A DNA stretch of 61,355 nt from Chlorobiota bacterium (GTDB lineage Bacteria > Bacteroidota > Ignavibacteria > Kapaibacteriales > UBA2268), in NCBI GenBank assembly GCA_039810525.1, contig JBDHXE010000001.1, positions 1 through 61,355 on the forward strand, read 5' to 3'. This document shows, in pieces, positions 56,491-61,355 of this stretch. The position numbers were made by a program, and so were the translations under genes. The notes beneath the pieces are model-generated. The model ran no database searches, was not told the DNA's origin, and saw only the letters and a program-made list of their open reading frames with translations. Each line of letters opens with the position of its first letter. Positions within the stretch are counted from its first letter, which is position 1.

Positions 56491-59400
56491 ATAAGCTCCA
56501 TTGTTTTTTTAATCTTGTATAAAAATTCAAAAGCATCTTCTTTTTTGCTAATTTGATATTCAAGTATTAACTTAGTTTTAGTTTGAGTTAATTTTATTCC
56601 ATCAATTGATGAGATATAATCAATTATTATAGGGAAAGCGTTGTCGTAATATTCTTTAAATTCTGTTGGTGGGAAATCACATACAAGCATATTATTTTTA
56701 ATATTAATTTTACTAAATCCTGTACCAATTGTTGCAATTCTTAATTTTACTACAAAAATCAAATTTTGTGCTTCTTTAGGGAATTTTCCATATCTATCGT
56801 TTAGCTCTTTGATAATATCGTTCAAATCTTTCAGATTATCTACCTTGTATAATTTTTTATACATAGTAAATCTATCTGTATCATTTGAAATATAATCTTT
56901 GGGAAATAATGCATCTTCGTCTATTTCAATAATTACATCTTCGTTGTAATATTTAGGTTTTTCTGGTAATTTAGTGTCAAATAAATCTGAAAATTCTTCA
57001 CTTTTTAGCTCTACTACTGCTTCATCTAATACTTTTTGAAATAACTCGAAACCAATATCAATGATGAATCCACTTTGCTCGGCACCTAATAGGTTACCAG
57101 CCCCTCTAATTTCTAAATCTCTTAATGAAAGCTGGAAACCGCTACCTAGTTCATTAAATTCTTCTATAGCTTGTAGTCTTCGTAAAGCTTTATTATTAAT
57201 TTTGTAAGTCTCAGGTATAATCAAATAGCAGTATGCTTGTTTGTTAGTTCTGCCCACTCTACCTCTTAGCTGGTGAAGTTCGGCAAGTCCAAAGTTTTGA
57301 GCTCTATTGATAATTATGGTATTGGCATTAGGGATATCAATACCAGACTCAATAATTTTAGTTGAGAGTAGGATTTGGTACTTATTTTCAATAAATCCTT
57401 CCATAATTTTTTCTAATTCATTAGGCGCCATTTGGCCATGAGCAGTAACTATTTTGTAGTTAGGAAGTATTTCTTGTAATTTGATAGCTATAAGGTCTAA
57501 ATCATCAATTTTATCAGAAACAAAGAATACTTGCCCTCCTCTTTTAATTTCATTATCAATAGCTTCAATTACATATTTATCGTCCCATTCCAATATCTGA
57601 GTTATTACTGGCAATCTGTTTCGTGGAGGTGTATCCATCACACTTAGGTCTCGAGCCCCCATCAAAGAAAAGTTTAACGTACGAGGTATAGGTGTAGCAG
57701 TGAGAGTAAGGGTATCTACATTTTCTTTCATTTGTCTTAGTTTTTCTTTAGCAGAGACACCGAATCTATGCTCTTCATCTATCACTAATAAGCCTAAGTC
57801 TTTAAATACTATATCTTTACTCAGCAATCGGTGAGTCCCAATCAATATATCAATTTTCCCGCTTTTTAGTTTATCTATTATTTCATTTTGTTGATTTTTT
57901 GTTTTGAACCGCGAAATAACATCTATTATTACGGGAAATTTGGCAAACCTATCTCTGAATGACATATAGTGTTGCTGAGCTAATATAGTAGTAGGTACTA
58001 ATACTGCTACTTGCTTACCAGAATGGACTGCCTTGAATGCAGCACGAAGAGCAATTTCTGTTTTACCAAACCCAACATCTCCACACACTAATCTATCCAT
58101 AGGAGAGTTTGATTCCATATCTTTTTTGACTTCTTCTGTGGTTTTGGATTGATCTGGTGTATCTTCGTAAATAAATGATGCTTCAAATTCTTTTTGCATA
58201 ATATCATCGTAGGGATAGGAATATCCTATTGCTAATTTTCTCTTAGCATAAAGTTTTATCAAATCTCTTGCAATATCTTTTAATCTGCTTTTGGTTTTAG
58301 CTTTCTTTCTTTGCCATTCTGAACTTCCTAATTTTGACAAAGAAGGGATAGAGCCTTCTTGTGCGGCATATTTTGATATCTTGTTAATATAATTAATATT
58401 GACGTATAGCACATCGCCTTCTGCAAATTTTAGTTTAATCGTATCTTGTAGATTGCCTGCTATTTCAACAGTTTTAAAACCATCGAATAAAGCTATACCT
58501 TTATCTTCGTGTACAATATAATCGCCAATTCTCAAGTCTTGTAGTTCTCTTAGAGTAATAGCTTTGCTACTTTTATTTCTTTTTTGATTAATTATTCTAC
58601 TTCTTTCAAAAATTTGATGTTCCGTAAAAATTAAGAATTTAAAATCATTCCAAATAAAACCTTTCGAAATAGGCAAGTCAAGCCATTTTATTTTTTTGAT
58701 AAGTTCTTCTATTAAATCGTTATCAATATCTTTTATATTAATAAATTCTGATTTTGTCTTTTCTATTATATCTTTAAGTCTTTCGAGATGGATTTTATTA
58801 TCAGCCGCAAGATATAGCTCATACCCCAATTGATAGTATTTTAATAATTCAATTATAAATTGCTTGATCGATGCATGAAATATTGGTTGCCCTTGTGTAG
58901 AATAGCTTATATCGGCTTTGCTAATATTATTCAAATAAAAAGTATTGTATTGATATTCATTTAATTTATTTAAGAGGGTTTCATTTGAAATTTCTGAATC
59001 TAATATCATTAGAAAAGTATCGTTTAGATAATCAAAAAAGTTATAATTCCCTTTTTCATTAAAAAGGCAAGAAATAAACTCAACTTGATTATGCTCTTTA
59101 ACACTTCGTTGTGATATAGTTTCAAATTCTCTAATTGACTCAATTGCATTTCCCCAAAATTCTATTCTAATAGGGTTGTCCCAACCTATCGGGTAAAGAT
59201 CAACAATACCTCCTCTAATAGAGATATCTCCTTGGTTGGAAACGAAATCTTTTCTCTCAAAGCCATTTAAAATAAGATTTTTGACAAATGTATCAAAATC
59301 GAATTCATCTCCATTTTTAATTATAAGTCTATTCGAATTAACTAATAAGGGGCTTGGTAGTTTGTATTCTATAAGATTTTGATTAATAATTATTATTGAT

Positions 59401-59723
59401 TTTTCGTTAGTATTATTCTTGGTAAGCCCTTCTATCAGCCAATCTACAGAATCTTCTTGATCTTCAATTTTGGCTCTAAACGTAAATTTTGGTTCTTTGA
59501 TAAATGTAATATAATCTTCGCCGATTAAAGCTGCTAGATCAAAATAATATTCATCACCGATTTCATTTTCGGGTACAATAATTATTATATTTTTTTTATA
59601 TTGCTCGTTTATTTTTTTGATTAAAAAACTTTTTGAAGAGCCTGACAAATACTTTAGATTTTGTCCATATATGCTACTAATGTTATCAGATAAATTAATT
59701 TTATTAAGTATATTAAGTGACAT
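56487..59723 (-). CDS. mfd: transcription-repair coupling factor
   Basis: CarD/RID region VHEDKGIALFDG, helicase motifs GDVGFGKTE and DEEHRFGV, plus QLRGRVGR. 1078 aa. Confidence 0.95.
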   Translation of the reverse strand: MSLNILNKINLSDNISSIYGQNLKYLSGSSKSFLIKKINEQYKKNIIIIVPENEIGDEYYFDLAALIGEDYITFIKEPKFTFRAKIEDQEDSVDWLIEGLTKNNTNEKSIIIINQNLIEYKLPSPLLVNSNRLIIKNGDEFDFDTFVKNLILNGFERKDFVSNQGDISIRGGIVDLYPIGWDNPIRIEFWGNAIESIREFETISQRSVKEHNQVEFISCLFNEKGNYNFFDYLNDTFLMILDSEISNETLLNKLNEYQYNTFYLNNISKADISYSTQGQPIFHASIKQFIIELLKYYQLGYELYLAADNKIHLERLKDIIEKTKSEFINIKDIDNDLIEELIKKIKWLDLPISKGFIWNDFKFLIFTEHQIFERSRIINQKRNKSSKAITLRELQDLRIGDYIVHEDKGIALFDGFKTVEIAGNLQDTIKLKFAEGDVLYVNINYINKISKYAAQEGSIPSLSKLGSSEWQRKKAKTKSRLKDIARDLIKLYAKRKLAIGYSYPYDDIMQKEFEASFIYEDTPDQSKTTEEVKKDMESNSPMDRLVCGDVGFGKTEIALRAAFKAVHSGKQVAVLVPTTILAQQHYMSFRDRFAKFPVIIDVISRFKTKNQQNEIIDKLKSGKIDILIGTHRLLSKDIVFKDLGLLVIDEEHRFGVSAKEKLRQMKENVDTLTLTATPIPRTLNFSLMGARDLSVMDTPPRNRLPVITQILEWDDKYVIEAIDNEIKRGGQVFFVSDKIDDLDLIAIKLQEILPNYKIVTAHGQMAPNELEKIMEGFIENKYQILLSTKIIESGIDIPNANTIIINRAQNFGLAELHQLRGRVGRTNKQAYCYLIIPETYKINNKALRRLQAIEEFNELGSGFQLSLRDLEIRGAGNLLGAEQSGFIIDIGFELFQKVLDEAVVELKSEEFSDLFDTKLPEKPKYYNEDVIIEIDEDALFPKDYISNDTDRFTMYKKLYKVDNLKDLNDIIKELNDRYGKFPKEAQNLIFVVKLRIATIGTGFSKINIKNNMLVCDFPPTEFKEYYDNAFPIIIDYISSIDGIKLTQTKTKLILEYQISKKEDAFEFLYKIKKTMELI

Positions 59724-59724
59724 T

Positions 59725-60996
59725 TTATTTAATTATAAATTCAGAAAATTTATGTTCAAAATACCCTTTATTGTCTTCTTTTAAACGGATATTCAAAGAT
59801 ATACCTATATCATTTTCTACTTTTTCTAAAATTTCAGTAAAATTATAAAGGTATGTAAGCAATTCCATTTTGGTATATGGTAATAAGATTTTATAAGTAT
59901 TACTATTGAGATTAAATATATCAGTCATTTTATTCAATAGCGTAGTTATATTAATACCTTTTAACGCAGAAATAGGTACATAATCTTTGTATTCATTATT
60001 AAGTTCATTAAGTATATATTTATTTTCAATTAAATCTATTTTATTGAAAACTAATATGGTAGGCTTATCAGTAATTCCAAGCGAATTTAAGGTATCTATT
60101 ACTGTATTAATATGATCTCGAAAAAACGGATTTGCTATATCAACTACATGGATTAATACGTCTGCTTCTTTGGCTTCGGCAAGAGTACTTCTAAAAGATG
60201 CTACCAAATGTGTTGGTAATTTTCTAATAAATCCAACTGTATCAGATAGAAGAGCTTTCATACCAGAAGGTAATTCAAATTGTCTAACGGTCGTATCTAA
60301 TGTAGCGAATAATTTGTTTTCTACATATACATCACTTTCTGTTAATAGCTGCATTAATGTTGATTTGCCTGAATTAGTATATCCCACGAGTGCAAATCTT
60401 GGTAATTGATTTCTATTCTTTCTCTGTACTTCTCTTTGTTTATCTATCTCCTTTAGTTTTTCTTTTAATTGTTGGATTTTAATTCTTATCATTCTTCTAT
60501 CAGTTTCAATCTGAGTTTCACCAGGTCCCTTTGTACCTATACCACCAAATTGTTTGGATAAATGTGTCCACATTCTTGTCAATCTTGGCATAAGATATTG
60601 TAATTGGGCTAATTCAACTTGAGTTTTAGCTTCATTTGTTCTTGCTCGTTTGGTAAATATATCTAAGATTAGTCCACTTCTATCGATGACTTTTATTTCG
60701 AATTCTCTCTCTAAATTTCTAGCTTGAACGGGAGTTAGATCATCATCAAAAATAGCTAATGAAATATTATTATCTTTGATAAATTGTTTAATCTCTTCTA
60801 CTTTGCCTGAGCCAATCAATGTAGCTACACTTGGCTTAGCTAATTCTTGAGTAAACTCTTCTATTATTTCGGCACCAGCTGTATCAGCTAAGAATCTCAA
60901 TTCGTCAATATGCTCGTGAGCTAATTCTCGAGAGAATCCTTTTTTAAAAAAGCCAACTATAATAGATCGCTCTGGTTTAATCTCTAATTCTGTCAA
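59725..60996 (-). CDS. hflX: GTPase HflX
   Basis: HflX N-domain (ELRFLADTAGAE..), G1 GYTNSGKSTL, DTVGF and NKIDL. The start codon is TTG. Confidence 0.95.
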   Translation of the reverse strand: MTELEIKPERSIIVGFFKKGFSRELAHEHIDELRFLADTAGAEIIEEFTQELAKPSVATLIGSGKVEEIKQFIKDNNISLAIFDDDLTPVQARNLEREFEIKVIDRSGLILDIFTKRARTNEAKTQVELAQLQYLMPRLTRMWTHLSKQFGGIGTKGPGETQIETDRRMIRIKIQQLKEKLKEIDKQREVQRKNRNQLPRFALVGYTNSGKSTLMQLLTESDVYVENKLFATLDTTVRQFELPSGMKALLSDTVGFIRKLPTHLVASFRSTLAEAKEADVLIHVVDIANPFFRDHINTVIDTLNSLGITDKPTILVFNKIDLIENKYILNELNNEYKDYVPISALKGINITTLLNKMTDIFNLNSNTYKILLPYTKMELLTYLYNFTEILEKVENDIGISLNIRLKEDNKGYFEHKFSEFIIK

Positions 60997-61058
60997 TTTG
61001 TATCCTTTATCTGTAATTAGGAATAATTTTCGTAATTTTGTAAATGTGAAATATCAAA

Positions 61059-61355
61059 ATGATTATGGACGATTTAAATCAAATAATAGATAAAATTATT
61101 AGGAGTGATAGAAGAACTTGTGCGTTAGAGATCAACAAACAAGGTAGATTAATAATTAGAGTGCCTAAATTCTTTAGCCAGAATGATATTAATAAGATAT
61201 TAGATGATAAGCGTAAATGGATTTTATCGCATTATAATTCTAGTATTGACAAAATTAATGAGGCAAAATCTATCAAGGAGAATAAAGTTTTTTATAGAGG
61301 TAGTTTATTAGAAATAGAATTTGTTAAATTGAATAACTATTTATTAAAGTTTGAG
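61059..61355 (+). CDS. DUF45/YgjP-like (M48-related) protein, partial (runs off the window edge)
   Basis: Hand translation: MIMDDLNQIIDKIIRSDRRTCALEINKQGRLIIRVPKFFSQNDINKILDDKRKWILSHY... It fits the YgjP N-terminus (RK...L.V...G.L.VRAP......I..FL..K..WI). Confidence 0.55.
   Translation, partial: MIMDDLNQIIDKIIRSDRRTCALEINKQGRLIIRVPKFFSQNDINKILDDKRKWILSHYNSSIDKINEAKSIKENKVFYRGSLLEIEFVKLNNYLLKFE

Noticed and set aside
785-60409. About 40 short ORFs in the supplied track lie antisense to, or out of frame within, larger genes. Examples are 785..1057, 1215..1502, 3613..3976, 4636..4905, 5402..5638, 12469..13010, 15222..15410, 17667..18017, 21512..21694, 24863..25063, 28926..29117, 31249..31629, 33395..34288, 35427..35953, 41790..42128, 43638..43976, 47875..48114, 48314..49009, 49550..49792, 50234..50443, 51644..51943, 53713..53964 and 60170..60409.
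   Set aside because: Each is fully embedded in a longer ORF that has clear family motifs on the other strand or frame. Their translations are hydrophobic or low-complexity strings with no recognisable motifs, as expected for shadow ORFs.

Overview
Visibly AT-rich bacterial window. It probably comes from the FCB group (Bacteroidota/Ignavibacteriota-like), because one giant protein ends in a T9SS-type C-terminal sorting domain. The left flank (1-14.2 kb) is housekeeping: partial rpe, a System I cytochrome c maturation cluster (ccmC-ccmD-ccmE-ccmF plus a TlpA-like thioredoxin), an RsbU/V/W-type partner-switching module, nnr, a VanZ-like protein, a sensor kinase, an ABC exporter and fabA. The centre (14.2-41.2 kb) is a polysaccharide biosynthesis locus of about 27 kb, entirely on the minus strand. 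It holds many GT2/GT4 glycosyltransferases, acetyltransferases, an ATP-grasp/WbqC/SDR/aminotransferase cassette, a Wzx-like flippase, an ABC exporter and a GT-C-like membrane protein. The locus is interrupted by non-glycan inserts: an AbiEii-like nucleotidyltransferase pair, a SIR2-like gene, an AAA-ATPase/nuclease, BrnTA, and RhuM, ORF6N and wHTH remnants. It also carries an unusual number of broken genes, with two in-frame TAA stops, frameshifts and deletion remnants. At 41.3-48.2 kb lies a secreted LamG/T9SS protein of about 2,300 aa, split into two ORFs at a (TA)3 run. The right flank is housekeeping: lon, an LCP protein, a SixA-like phosphatase, UDP-glucuronate decarboxylase, GT2, purB, tsaB, mfd, hflX and a partial DUF45/YgjP-like gene. 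I found no rRNA, tRNA, CRISPR array, transposase or integrase. I cannot name one clearly new system. The best candidates are the repeat-bracketed 2.5 kb ATPase-nuclease/toxin-antitoxin insert, the SIR2-like gene wired into the glycan operon, the split giant surface protein with unclassified repeat modules, the GT-C protein with a long disordered insert, and the Cys-type CcmE cluster. All family calls come from motifs read by eye and need HMM or BLAST confirmation. Coordinates I derived by hand rather than from the ORF track may be off by a few nt.
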